DNA of 64,000 bases. It comes from an uncultured Candidatus Saccharibacteria bacterium. GTDB lineage: Bacteria; Patescibacteriota; Minisyncoccia; Phycocordibacterales; Phycocordibacteraceae. This document shows, one piece after another, positions 46,849 to 56,125 of the stretch. How positions within the stretch are numbered: the first letter of the stretch is position 1; each line of letters opens with the position of its first letter. A model generated the notes under the pieces. It ran no database searches. It saw only the letters and a program-made list of their open reading frames with translations, and was not told where the DNA came from. Both the position numbers and the translations under genes were made by a program. The stretch is from NCBI GenBank assembly GCA_964593365.1, contig CAZQGQ010000002.1:85671-149670 (forward strand), read 5' to 3'.

Positions 46849-49056
46849 TTATTTTGCTACCTGCATTGCCTCTTCGAACTTGACTGAGAGGAGCTTGCTG
46901 ATGCCGTCGCCTCCCATAGTGACGCCGTACAAAATACCTGCACGACCCATGGTCTCGCGGTTGTGCGTGATAACGACGAGCTGCGAGCGCTTGGAGAGGC
47001 TATCGATCATGTCTCCGTAGCGGCGCGAGTTAGCTTCGTCGAGAGCCGCGTCGGTCTCATCAAGGATCAAAAATGGCGGCGGATTCACCTGGCTCATCGC
47101 GAAGATGAGCGCGATTGAGGTAAGTGCGCGCTCGCCTCCTGAAAGCTGCATAAGAGACTGCAGCCGTTTCTTAGGGAGATTCACCTGCACCTCAAGGCCA
47201 GGGCGTACCTCTCGCTGTACTTCTTCTGGAGCTTCGTCTTCTTCGTCCTCTTCAGCAGGAGCGATATCCTCAAGCACGAGCTTTGCTCCTCCTCCCCCGA
47301 ACATGAGCGCGAAGAACTCGGTAAACGATTCGTTCACCTTCGCCAGTCCTTCCGCAAAGTTCTTCGCAAGCTCCTCATCAAGATCGCGAATCAGCTCCTC
47401 GAGGCCGATGACTGAGTTGGCAAGATCTTGAAGCTCGGTAGCAAGGAACTCCTCGCGGTTCTTGGTTTCCATATATTCGCTTCGCACTTCTTCTCCGGTG
47501 CCTCCCGCCTCTTCAAGACGAATCTTCAGGCGCTCAAGGGTTCGCTTGCGGTCTTCTTGCACTTTGCGGTCTTCCTCGGGAAGTTCAGACAGCGGCTCGT
47601 ATGAAAAGGCTTGGCTTCCGGCAAGCGCGAGTACTTCTGCTCGCTCGCGTTCAAGCTCCTCGCCAAGGTAATTTAATTCTTTGATTCTTGCTTCAATGCG
47701 CGCGAGTGAAGATTCGAGCTTTGCGCGCGTTTCTGCAAGCTCAAGTATTCGGTGCTGATTCTCACGTCCGGTCTCCTCATGCGCCGTGCGCTCCTCGCGT
47801 GCCTTAGCAAGCACCTTCCGCGCTTCCTCTACGCGAAGCGCTATTGCGCGATCTTTATCTGAAAGCGCCTCTCGCTCTTTCTCAAACTTCTGCACGGCCT
47901 GCTCCTCATCTGCAAGATAGTCGCTCTCGCTTGCCCCATAGCGGTCAAAGAAGGCCATGACCGCAGAGCGAAGCGCTCGAAGGGCTGCAGAGAATGCGGA
48001 GATATCTGCTGTTTCAGACAGTGCGGTCTGTCGCTCTACTTCGTCTTTGAGGACCTTCAGGTCTTCGCGCGGGACTTTCACATACGGCTCGCGGGCTAGG
48101 AGTGCACTGCGACGCTTGGCCTCAGACAACGCTCCTTCAATACGACCCATGTCTCGCGAGAGATCGGACTGTTCTGCGATTGCACGATCAAGCTCGCGCT
48201 CTGCCTGGCGCACAGCTTCAATGCGCTTCATTCCTTCGCTCTCTCCCGTCGTCTCTCGCTCAAACACTGAAATTTCTTGCTCGGCAACAGCAAGGCGCGC
48301 TGACGTGTCGCGTTCCTCAGCTTCAGTCTTTACCCGCTCTACCGCAAGGTATTTTTCTTCTATTGCAAAGTATTCGCGCGCGGAGCCTGCAAGGTCTCGC
48401 CCGAGCTCTTCTGCGCGCTCCAACTTCTCTACCTGCTTCTGCAAGAACTTCAGGTGCGGAGAAAGTTCCCGACGAAGGGCTTCTACTTCCCGTACGTTGT
48501 CGCGAGTCTTATCGAGCTTTCGGATCGCTTCCTGCTTCTTGAATTCAAAGACCTTAAGGCCGAGCGCGTCCTCGAGCATGGCTCGGCGCTCACGCGGAGC
48601 TGAAAGCAAGATACGATCCGCTTCTCCTTGAGAAATGATGTGGTGACCGGTCTCGCCGATGTTTGCGGAAGCGAGGAGTTCCTGGATATCGCGGAGGCGA
48701 ACCTTGGAACCGTTGATGGAGTACTCGCTTGCTCCGTCTCGGAATACCGCACGCTCTATCTGTACCTCGTCAAAATCGATCTTAGGGAAGATGCGCTTGG
48801 TGTTATCAAAGATGATCACTACCGATGCACGGTTCGCGCGAGGGTTCGTATGTGAGCCCGCAAAAATAAGATCCTCGCTTCGCTTGCCGCGCATGCTTTT
48901 CATGGATTGTTCGCCAAGCGCGAAGCGGAAGGCTTCTGCGACGTTTGATTTACCTGAACCGTTAGGGCCCACAATGGCAGTAGCTGCCGACGAGAAATCG
49001 AGCACGGTTTTCCGTGCGAACGATTTGAACCCGACGACTTCAAGCCGCTTCAGCAT
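46849..49056 (-). CDS. smc: SMC-family ATPase, short form (approx. 736 aa, no recognisable hinge domain)
   Basis: SMC N-terminal head MLKRLEVVGFKSF...GPNGSGKSN, a long coiled coil, and a C-terminal signature LSGGERALTSIALIFA plus Walker B FLILDETDAALD. The track ORF extends to 49491, but the true start is the internal Met at 49056, with a -10 TATAAT 7 nt upstream. Confidence 0.8.
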   Translation of the reverse strand: MLKRLEVVGFKSFARKTVLDFSSAATAIVGPNGSGKSNVAEAFRFALGEQSMKSMRGKRSEDLIFAGSHTNPRANRASVVIIFDNTKRIFPKIDFDEVQIERAVFRDGASEYSINGSKVRLRDIQELLASANIGETGHHIISQGEADRILLSAPRERRAMLEDALGLKVFEFKKQEAIRKLDKTRDNVREVEALRRELSPHLKFLQKQVEKLERAEELGRDLAGSAREYFAIEEKYLAVERVKTEAEERDTSARLAVAEQEISVFERETTGESEGMKRIEAVRQAERELDRAIAEQSDLSRDMGRIEGALSEAKRRSALLAREPYVKVPREDLKVLKDEVERQTALSETADISAFSAALRALRSAVMAFFDRYGASESDYLADEEQAVQKFEKEREALSDKDRAIALRVEEARKVLAKAREERTAHEETGRENQHRILELAETRAKLESSLARIEARIKELNYLGEELERERAEVLALAGSQAFSYEPLSELPEEDRKVQEDRKRTLERLKIRLEEAGGTGEEVRSEYMETKNREEFLATELQDLANSVIGLEELIRDLDEELAKNFAEGLAKVNESFTEFFALMFGGGGAKLVLEDIAPAEEDEEDEAPEEVQREVRPGLEVQVNLPKKRLQSLMQLSGGERALTSIALIFAMSQVNPPPFLILDETDAALDEANSRRYGDMIDSLSKRSQLVVITHNRETMGRAGILYGVTMGGDGISKLLSVKFEEAMQVAK

Positions 49057-49071
49057 TGAGGCAATTATACC

Positions 49072-49116
49072 GTATATAAATGTGTTGACGCGCGCCCGTA
49101 TCAGGTAGCGCGCGTC
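49072..49116. repeat. 45-bp element containing a perfect inverted repeat GACGCGCGC-N12-GCGCGCGTC (copy 1)
   Basis: It lies between the end of small membrane gene 49146..49460 and the SMC promoter. The sequence is gtata-aaa-gtgttgacgcgcgcccgtatcaggtagcgcgcgtc. Confidence 0.8.
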
Positions 49117-49145
49117 TAAATCACCGTGAGGTGATGGGTGCCGTC

Positions 49146-49460
49146 TTAGGCGTATCTTGTTGGTTTCATCATAAAGCTGATGAGACCGACAAATCCCAAC
49201 AATACGGCGACTGCGGTGGTAATCGTCGTCAGAAGGCTCCAGTGGACGAACTGCGTGTGGGTGTCCTGGAATAGAAACACCGTAGCCCACATGATCAGGG
49301 CTGCCGCCGTCATGATGCAGCGCGAACCGCGAGGCCATCCGAAGCGAACTCCGAATCGCTCCGCGACAAGCACTACAAAGACAACGACAGTCGCCGGAAC
49401 CGCGAGCAGCAGCGCGAACTGAACTTCTAACGGAGAAAACGTGAAGAACGTTTGGGTCAT
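49146..49460 (-). CDS. Small membrane protein (3 TM), paralog A
   Basis: 104 aa with SD AAGGGG. It is similar in length and topology to the 49631..49915 ORF. Confidence 0.5.
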   Translation of the reverse strand: MTQTFFTFSPLEVQFALLLAVPATVVVFVVLVAERFGVRFGWPRGSRCIMTAAALIMWATVFLFQDTHTQFVHWSLLTTITTAVAVLLGFVGLISFMMKPTRYA

Positions 49461-49565
49461 CGGTTGTAAGCCCCTTGCTCTCGTACCGCACGAGAGCCTC
49501 GTTGAGGACTATGACACTAACAGCCGTCTTTGTCTAATTCAGTATAAATCGGTTACGGATATGCA

Positions 49566-49610
49566 GTATAGAAACGTGTTGACGCGCGCCCGTATGAGGT
49601 AGCGCGCGTC
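49566..49610. repeat. 45-bp palindromic element (copy 2; 41/45 identical to copy 1)
   Basis: gtatagaaacgtgttgacgcgcgcccgtatgaggtagcgcgcgtc, located about 20 nt downstream of paralog B. Confidence 0.8.
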
Positions 49611-49630
49611 TCCTGTTCGGCTCTGGCTTT

Positions 49631-49915
49631 TTATGCCGGCCCGTATTTTCTCCACCATCGAAGCACGAGGCACCCGATGAAATAGAGCATGGCCAAGCCG
49701 AACAGTGTGGTCCCGATGTCCCACGGTTTATAGTCAGTCCAAGCGGACTCGAACAGACATGCCACAGAACCTGCGGAACACGCCGTCGCGAGAAAGAACG
49801 CTTGAAGGATTGGCTTACGCCGCTCCATCGCCGCCATCAGAAGAGCAATGCCTCCGATGATGGCAACCAACGCAACCGTGAGAATAATAACGGGTTCGGA
49901 CGAGAATATCGTCAT
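49631..49915 (-). CDS. Small membrane protein (3 TM), paralog B
   Basis: ATG start at MTIFSSEPV (the track start 49942 is a GTG). Confidence 0.45.
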   Translation of the reverse strand: MTIFSSEPVIILTVALVAIIGGIALLMAAMERRKPILQAFFLATACSAGSVACLFESAWTDYKPWDIGTTLFGLAMLYFIGCLVLRWWRKYGPA

Positions 49916-49968
49916 GAGTGTTACCCCATACCTCTGTACCACACAGAGGCTTCGAAAGAACTATAACA

Positions 49969-50652
49969 CTACCATCCGCTCTTGTCTAGTCCGGCCTGGG
50001 CCGCTGCTTGTTCCGCTTCCTGCTTGCTCTTCCCTACCCCTCGAGCGATCTCCTTCTCACCTATGTAAACGCCAACAGTGAAATCGCGGTCATGGTCCGG
50101 ACCGTCTTCGCGGATCGTCTTGTATGCAGGAGTGATTCCCTTATGTTCCTGCGCTGCTTCCTGGAACTTACTTTTCGCATCCTGCCACGCGCGCGCCTCG
50201 ATGACCGGATCGAGCTTCGGGAACAAATGCTTTATGAGAAAGGCGTCAGCAGCTTCATATCCCTGATCAAGATAGAGGGCGCCAAGCAATGCCTCGAAAG
50301 CGTTTGCGAGAATGATCTGACGAGCACGTCCCGTGTCGCGCTTTTCCCCGCGCGAGAGAAGCAGCATGTCATTGATCCCGAGCTTCTCGGCAGTCTCTGC
50401 AAGCGAGACGGTATTCACAAGAGCCGCACGAAAGGCAGTCAGTTCTCCCTCCGGCTTTTGCGGAAACTTCGTGAAAAGAAACTGGGTCGCGGAGAGCTCG
50501 AGCACGGCATCCCCCAGAAACTCAAGCCGCTCGTTATGCGCCTTCGAGCTCTTGTTCTCGTTCAGGTAGGAGCGGTGCGTCAGCGCCTCCTCGAAGAGGT
50601 CGAGGTTAGAAAAAGTGAGCCCGAGCTTTTGCGCACACGCATTAAAATCCAT
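49969..50652 (-). CDS. rnc: Ribonuclease III
   Basis: RNase III signature ERLEFLGDAVLEL and a C-terminal dsRBD. Confidence 0.9.
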   Translation of the reverse strand: MDFNACAQKLGLTFSNLDLFEEALTHRSYLNENKSSKAHNERLEFLGDAVLELSATQFLFTKFPQKPEGELTAFRAALVNTVSLAETAEKLGINDMLLLSRGEKRDTGRARQIILANAFEALLGALYLDQGYEAADAFLIKHLFPKLDPVIEARAWQDAKSKFQEAAQEHKGITPAYKTIREDGPDHDRDFTVGVYIGEKEIARGVGKSKQEAEQAAAQAGLDKSGW

Positions 50653-50685
50653 TGGTATGAAGAGTATAAGAAACCAGAAAAAACG

Positions 50686-51585
50686 CTACTTTCCCGAGCG
50701 GTCGAGCAGTTTCTGGACCGCGGTCGTCACTATGGGGAGCATGTCGTCGTAGAAGTTGAGGTTGATGATGTCTTGGAGCCTAAACCACTTGGCGTCGTCT
50801 AGGCCACCCTTCCCTTCTTCAAGCTTCAGCGGGATGTACTCGGCTTTGGCAAGGAAATACGTCACGTGCTTTCGGAACTTTCCTTTCTCCGGGTGCGAAG
50901 CGACGTATTCGTTCTCTCCGATCACATCCTCAAGGATGATATCGATTCCCATCTCTTCCTTTATTTCCCGCACCGTTCCTGCAGACAGTTCCTCCCCTTC
51001 CCACAAGCGTCCCTTAGAGAGAGTCCAGCGGCCAAACACATCGTGTACCAAGGCAAGGTAATACTGGCCTTCGTGGAAAGAATAGACGACTGCGCCGCCA
51101 AGCTCCTCAACCGGAAGCTCCTTGTGCGGCTTCTTCTCGCGCTTCCCTTGCTCGTCTTTGCCCGGGCTTCCGATTTCCTTATAGACGGCACCAAGCACTC
51201 CGTTAATGAATCGTCCGGATGATTCTCCGCCAAACACCTTGGCAAGCTCAATGGCTTCGTTAATGGCTACTTTAGGTGGAACCTGCGCGCGGTCTGAGAA
51301 CAAAAGCTCGTACAAGCCGATGCGAAGAATGTTGCGGTCGATAGCTGCGATCTTTTCAATGGGCCACTCAGGAGCGGCTTTCGCGATGATAAGGTCGAGA
51401 TCAGTTTTCTTGGCGATCACGCCCGTAAGGAGGTTTTCCATAAACGGCCGATCCGTATCGCTTCCCCCGAACTCTCCGAAGTTTCGCGCAAGCGCCTCGG
51501 GAGCATCGGTATCGGGTACAGCGGCTGTGTCCCACTCGAAGAGCGTTTGTAATACTACCGAACGGGCGAGATGCCGATTAGCCAT
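50686..51585 (-). CDS. nusB: NusB-like antitermination domain fused to a C-terminal NUDIX hydrolase domain
   Basis: The N-terminal approx. 150 aa form a NusB fold (RNILRIGLYELLF...). The C-terminal domain has a complete Nudix box, GRLWEGEELSAGTVREIKEEMGI. Confidence 0.8.
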   Translation of the reverse strand: MANRHLARSVVLQTLFEWDTAAVPDTDAPEALARNFGEFGGSDTDRPFMENLLTGVIAKKTDLDLIIAKAAPEWPIEKIAAIDRNILRIGLYELLFSDRAQVPPKVAINEAIELAKVFGGESSGRFINGVLGAVYKEIGSPGKDEQGKREKKPHKELPVEELGGAVVYSFHEGQYYLALVHDVFGRWTLSKGRLWEGEELSAGTVREIKEEMGIDIILEDVIGENEYVASHPEKGKFRKHVTYFLAKAEYIPLKLEEGKGGLDDAKWFRLQDIINLNFYDDMLPIVTTAVQKLLDRSGK

Positions 51586-51661
51586 ATATGGAAAGAACTC
51601 CTCGTAGCGTACCAGGAGGATGCGTCGCGCGCAAAATGCGCGAATTTAGAAAATGGGGAAA

Positions 51662-51997
51662 CTATGCTCCGCCGCCAAATCCCGAGCGACTCTTAGCGCG
51701 ATCTTGCACCATGCGGCCAACGAGTCCTGGCTTCTTTACCTTCTCCTTCTCTTCCTTCTCGACATGGACATGGCCTTCTGCAGGTCCCATCTTATCGGCC
51801 TTCGTGCTTTCCTTTACCTTCTTGACCTTCTTAGGAGCGATGACCTTCCCGCGGTACATACCAGTAGACTCATCGATGCGATGAGGCAGGCGAAGAGTGC
51901 CGCTGTCCTTATCCTTCACGAGCTTCATGTTCTTCAAAGCGTGATGGCTTCGGCGGTTCTTGGTATGGGAACTGGTGTGGCGCATTCGTACAGACAT
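51662..51997 (-). CDS. rpmF: 50S ribosomal protein L32 with approx. 55-aa Lys/Glu-rich C-terminal extension
   Basis: The N-terminus MSVRMRHTSSHTKNRRSHHAL is the bL32 signature. The extension is rich in K/E/V. Confidence 0.8.
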   Translation of the reverse strand: MSVRMRHTSSHTKNRRSHHALKNMKLVKDKDSGTLRLPHRIDESTGMYRGKVIAPKKVKKVKESTKADKMGPAEGHVHVEKEEKEKVKKPGLVGRMVQDRAKSRSGFGGGA

Positions 51998-52025
51998 AGG
52001 CGCTACCTTACCTTAAAGTCCCCAA

Positions 52026-52622
52026 TTACGCAAAGGCTTTGCAGAAACTGCGTCGATGGACGCTTGAGAGCCCGTGCTCTCGGATAGCCGCTTGGTGCGC
52101 CTTGGTGCCGTATCCCTTGTGACGCTCAAAGCCGTAGGAAGGATAGTCGGCCGCGAGAGAGACCATATACCTGTCTCGGACCACTTTTGCGGCAACAGAG
52201 GCGAGCATGATGGCCGGAATGGTCGAGTCTCCCCGCACCACCGTTTCCTGCTCATACCCTTCTGGCGCATGGAGGAGTCCATCCAAAAATACCCGAGCTT
52301 CAAGGGGGTCCGGCGCAAGTTCGCGAACGCCCGCATGCACGGCACTCACTACCGCCTTCGTGATCCCAGCTCGATCAATAACAGACGCGCTCACTGACTT
52401 CACGCAAAAGCGGATCTCCCCCGCCTCCTTTCGTTCAAGCAAGAGAGCGAATATCCGTTCCCGATTCTTCTCGGAAAGTTGTTTGGAATCATTGAGGCCC
52501 GGGAACGCTTCCAGGAAATCAAATCCCTCAGTAGCGGCGACTACGCCAACCGCGACAGGGCCCGCCAAGGGACCCCGGCCCGCTTCGTCAACCCCGAGTA
52601 TCAGCTTCATTTTTCTCGCCAT
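52026..52622 (-). CDS. rnhB: Ribonuclease HII
   Basis: GVDEAGRGPLAGPV active-site motif. The likely start is MKLILGV at 52610. Confidence 0.9.
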   Translation of the reverse strand: MARKMKLILGVDEAGRGPLAGPVAVGVVAATEGFDFLEAFPGLNDSKQLSEKNRERIFALLLERKEAGEIRFCVKSVSASVIDRAGITKAVVSAVHAGVRELAPDPLEARVFLDGLLHAPEGYEQETVVRGDSTIPAIMLASVAAKVVRDRYMVSLAADYPSYGFERHKGYGTKAHQAAIREHGLSSVHRRSFCKAFA

Positions 52623-52821
52623 CTTCTTTAGGAACGATCGTAATCTTTTCTACTCCCTTGGGAGCGCGCTTTACGGTTATCTCGAACCCGGTTCCCTCTC
52701 TTAGAAAATTAAACAGGGCGGCGCCAACCGTGGTCACCGTCTCAAACGAGCGGCGCTTACGCTCAGCCTCGTCTCTTTGTCGGCGTCTGGCGTCCAGGGA
52801 CTCGTCTACGAATTCGCTCAT
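52588..52821 (-). CDS. Hypothetical small protein
   Basis: 77 aa with a -10 TATAGT 6 nt upstream of the ATG. It overlaps the rnhB 5' end. Confidence 0.3.
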   Translation of the reverse strand: MSEFVDESLDARRRQRDEAERKRRSFETVTTVGAALFNFLREGTGFEITVKRAPKGVEKITIVPKEDGEKNEADTRG

Positions 52822-52893
52822 AAAATAACTATAGCATCGCGGTAAAATCCGGGATGCTACGCGTTTGGAAGGCCTTTGTTGTATCCTTCAGGT

Positions 52894-55800
52894 ATGGCCG
52901 GCCGGTTCATCCATTTACATACCCACAGCCACTACAGCTTCCTTCAGGCCCTCCCGAAGGTTAATGAGCTTGTGGACAAGACGAAAGAGGAAGGAATGGA
53001 CGCCGTAGCGCTCACCGACTCCGGCAACCTCCATGGCGCGATCGAGTTTTATAAAGCCGCGACTAAGGCTGGGATAAAGCCGATCATCGGCGTTGACGCG
53101 TATGTTGCTCCCCGCTCACGCTTTGATAAGGAGCGCCAGGAAGATTCACATCGAACACGCATCGTTCTTTTAGCTGAGAACATGGTGGGCTACAAGAACC
53201 TCCTGAAGCTTGTCACCAAATCATTTACCGAAGGATTCAACGACCGTCCGCGCATGGACCGCGAGCTATTGAAAGAACACTCGGAAGGATTGATCGCTAT
53301 CATGCCGTCCTTTGCAGGCGATGTCCCTCTCTTGCTTCGCGCAGGCGACGCCGCGGGAGCAGCAGGTGCGCTCGCCGAATACCAGAGCATCTTCGGCAAA
53401 GACAATCTCTATCTTGAAATCTCCCACCACCCGAAGGTCGAAGGACATAAGCGAGTGATGGATGAGGTGAAGAAGCTTGCGGGAGACTCTGGCGCAAAGC
53501 TCGTCGCGCAGCATGATGTGTATTACCTCTCTCCTGACGACCGCGAAGCGCGTGAAGTGATGAAGCGCATCCAGAACGCGCACCAGGCACCAGGCTACAG
53601 CGCAGAGGAAGACTTCTCCTTTGTCTCAGAGAAAGACATGCGCAAGTGGTTTGCGGACGTTCCGGAGGCAGTGGATGAGAGCGGGCGCATCGCTGATCGC
53701 TGCAACATTGAGATGACGCTTGGGCAGTGGGTCTTTCCTGAGATCCCGACGGACGAGGGCAAGACGCACGACCAGATGCTTCGCGAGCGAGCGTATGCCG
53801 GGCTTACGGCGCGCGCCATGGAAAAGTCTGATGACGTTGAGGTCCGTATCGAGTACGAGCTCAAGATCATCGGCGATAAGGGCTTTGCTCCTTATTTCCT
53901 CGCCGTTTCCGACCTCCTTACCTTTGCAAAGCAAAACGGCATCCTGACCACGACTCGCGGATCTGCAGGAGGCTCTTTGATCTCGTACCTGGTCGGCATC
54001 ACGAACGTCGACCCAATGTTCTACAAGCTTCCCTTCGAGCGCTTCTTGAACCCCGAGCGTCCGAAAGCTCCCGACATCGACATGGACTTTGCTGACGATC
54101 GGAGAAACGAGGTGATCGCCTACGCCAAGCAAAAGTATGGCGAGGACCGCGTAGCGCAGATCGGAACATTCGGCACCATGCTCGCACGAGCCGCTGTTCG
54201 AGACGTTGCGAGAGCGTTGGGCCATTCCTACGGAACGGGCGACCGGATCGCAAAACTGATCCCGCTTGGCTCTCAAGGATTCCCGATGACAATCGCGCGT
54301 GCCATGGAAATGGAAGATGATTTGAAAGCGCTCTATCGAGAGGACGAAGACGTGCGCGAAATCATTGATCTTGCAAAGCGAATCGAGGGCTGCGTGCGGC
54401 ATGTCGGCGTGCACGCCGCAGGCGTCGTTGTCGCTCCTTCACCACTCACTGATTGGACGCCAGTGCAGTTTGACCCGAAGGGCGAAGGCATTCTTATTAC
54501 GCAGTACGACATGTATTCGATCACGGACGAATACGGAGGCGTGGGTCTCCTGAAGTTCGACTTCCTGGGAATCAAGAACCTCGCCATTCTTGCAGCCGCC
54601 GTTGACCGGGTCGCGGAAACCAAAGGCATATACATAGACATCGAGACGGTGCCCCTTGATGACGACAAGACTTTCGCGATGCTCGCTCGAGGCGAGACAG
54701 AAGGCACCTTCCAGCTAAACGGTTCAGGCATGACCCGCTACCTCAAGGAACTTCGTCCCACCACCATCCACGACATCAACGCCATGGTGGCGCTCTATCG
54801 TCCGGGACCGATGGAAACGATCCCGCAGTACATCGAGCGAAAGCGAAACCCTAAGCTCATCCGCTTCATTGATGAGCGCATGAAGGAATACCTCGATACG
54901 TCCTACGGCGTCATCGTGTATCAAGACGACGTGCTTTTGACCGCAGTGAACCTTGCCGGCTACTCCTGGCTTGAAGCTGACACGCTTCGAAAAGCCATGG
55001 GTAAGAAGATTCCGGAAATCATGATGGCCGAGAAGGACAAGCTCATCAAAGGTTTTGTTGAGTACGGCAAGCTCTCTGCCGATAAGGCAGAAGCCATTTG
55101 GAAACTGATTGAACCGTTTGCAGCCTACGGCTTTGGTAAGGCTCACGCCGCTTCCTACGGCAAGGTGGCCTACCAGACCGCCTACCTGAAAGCCAACTAC
55201 CCGGTTGAATACATGGCAGCGGTACTCTCTGCTGATGCGGGAGACGTTGAGAAGATTTCTATCTCTGTTGCTGAGTGCGATCGCCTTAAGATTCCCGTAC
55301 TCCCACCAGACATTAATGAGAGCCGATCAACCTTCACCGTAGTGGATGAAGGCAAGGCGATTCGCTTCGGCCTCTCCTCGATCAAGAACTTCGGCGAGGG
55401 CATCTCGGAAGCCATTATGACCGAGCGCGAGGCGAACGGCGCCTTCAAGGACCTCGCCGATTTCCTCTCCCGAATCGACTCCAGGAACTTGAATAAGAAA
55501 TCTCTTGAATCCTTGATCCGCTGCGGAGCGCTCGATCGCTTCGGGGAACGCGGGAATCTGCTTCATAACGTCGAAGTGCTTCTCACCTTCCATCGCGAGG
55601 CAAGCGCTCCAGCCGAGCAGGACTCCTTGTTTGCAGCAGCCGCGCCAACGCTCGCCTTCCCACAAGAAGGAGCGCCTCTCTCAATGATCCAAAAGCTTGC
55701 GTCTGAGAAAGAGCTTCTTGGCATTTATGTCTCCGGACACCCGCTCGATGCTCACGCAGATAAGACAAGCAAGGCTTCTGTTTCCATTGGACAGATAAAG

Positions 55801-56061
55801 GCAGAGCCGATGCCGGGTATTCCGCTTATTCTCCCCGTCCTTATTTCTGAGGTACGCACCATCCTCACCAAGAAAGGCGAGAAGATGGTCTTCCTTAAAC
55901 TTGAAGACAAGAGTGGGGACATTGAAGCTGTTATCTTCCCCAAGCTCTATAAGGAACACGCGGACAAGATCGTCACGGGCGCCTGTCTTCTGGTGAAAGG
56001 AAGTGTTTCTAACCGCAACGGCGAGCTCTCGCTTTCCATAGAGAATCTCAAGTCTATTTAG
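52894..56061 (+). CDS. dnaE: DNA polymerase III alpha subunit
   Basis: PHP domain HLHTHSHYS, the polymerase core and an OB domain. Start at MAGRFIHLH (track start 52876). Confidence 0.95.
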   Translation: MAGRFIHLHTHSHYSFLQALPKVNELVDKTKEEGMDAVALTDSGNLHGAIEFYKAATKAGIKPIIGVDAYVAPRSRFDKERQEDSHRTRIVLLAENMVGYKNLLKLVTKSFTEGFNDRPRMDRELLKEHSEGLIAIMPSFAGDVPLLLRAGDAAGAAGALAEYQSIFGKDNLYLEISHHPKVEGHKRVMDEVKKLAGDSGAKLVAQHDVYYLSPDDREAREVMKRIQNAHQAPGYSAEEDFSFVSEKDMRKWFADVPEAVDESGRIADRCNIEMTLGQWVFPEIPTDEGKTHDQMLRERAYAGLTARAMEKSDDVEVRIEYELKIIGDKGFAPYFLAVSDLLTFAKQNGILTTTRGSAGGSLISYLVGITNVDPMFYKLPFERFLNPERPKAPDIDMDFADDRRNEVIAYAKQKYGEDRVAQIGTFGTMLARAAVRDVARALGHSYGTGDRIAKLIPLGSQGFPMTIARAMEMEDDLKALYREDEDVREIIDLAKRIEGCVRHVGVHAAGVVVAPSPLTDWTPVQFDPKGEGILITQYDMYSITDEYGGVGLLKFDFLGIKNLAILAAAVDRVAETKGIYIDIETVPLDDDKTFAMLARGETEGTFQLNGSGMTRYLKELRPTTIHDINAMVALYRPGPMETIPQYIERKRNPKLIRFIDERMKEYLDTSYGVIVYQDDVLLTAVNLAGYSWLEADTLRKAMGKKIPEIMMAEKDKLIKGFVEYGKLSADKAEAIWKLIEPFAAYGFGKAHAASYGKVAYQTAYLKANYPVEYMAAVLSADAGDVEKISISVAECDRLKIPVLPPDINESRSTFTVVDEGKAIRFGLSSIKNFGEGISEAIMTEREANGAFKDLADFLSRIDSRNLNKKSLESLIRCGALDRFGERGNLLHNVEVLLTFHREASAPAEQDSLFAAAAPTLAFPQEGAPLSMIQKLASEKELLGIYVSGHPLDAHADKTSKASVSIGQIKAEPMPGIPLILPVLISEVRTILTKKGEKMVFLKLEDKSGDIEAVIFPKLYKEHADKIVTGACLLVKGSVSNRNGELSLSIENLKSI

Positions 56062-56125
56062 CGCTCATTGAGCGAAGTGCTTGAAAGTGCTATACGTAGC
56101 GTAAGGCAATGGAAGGAGTAAAGCC

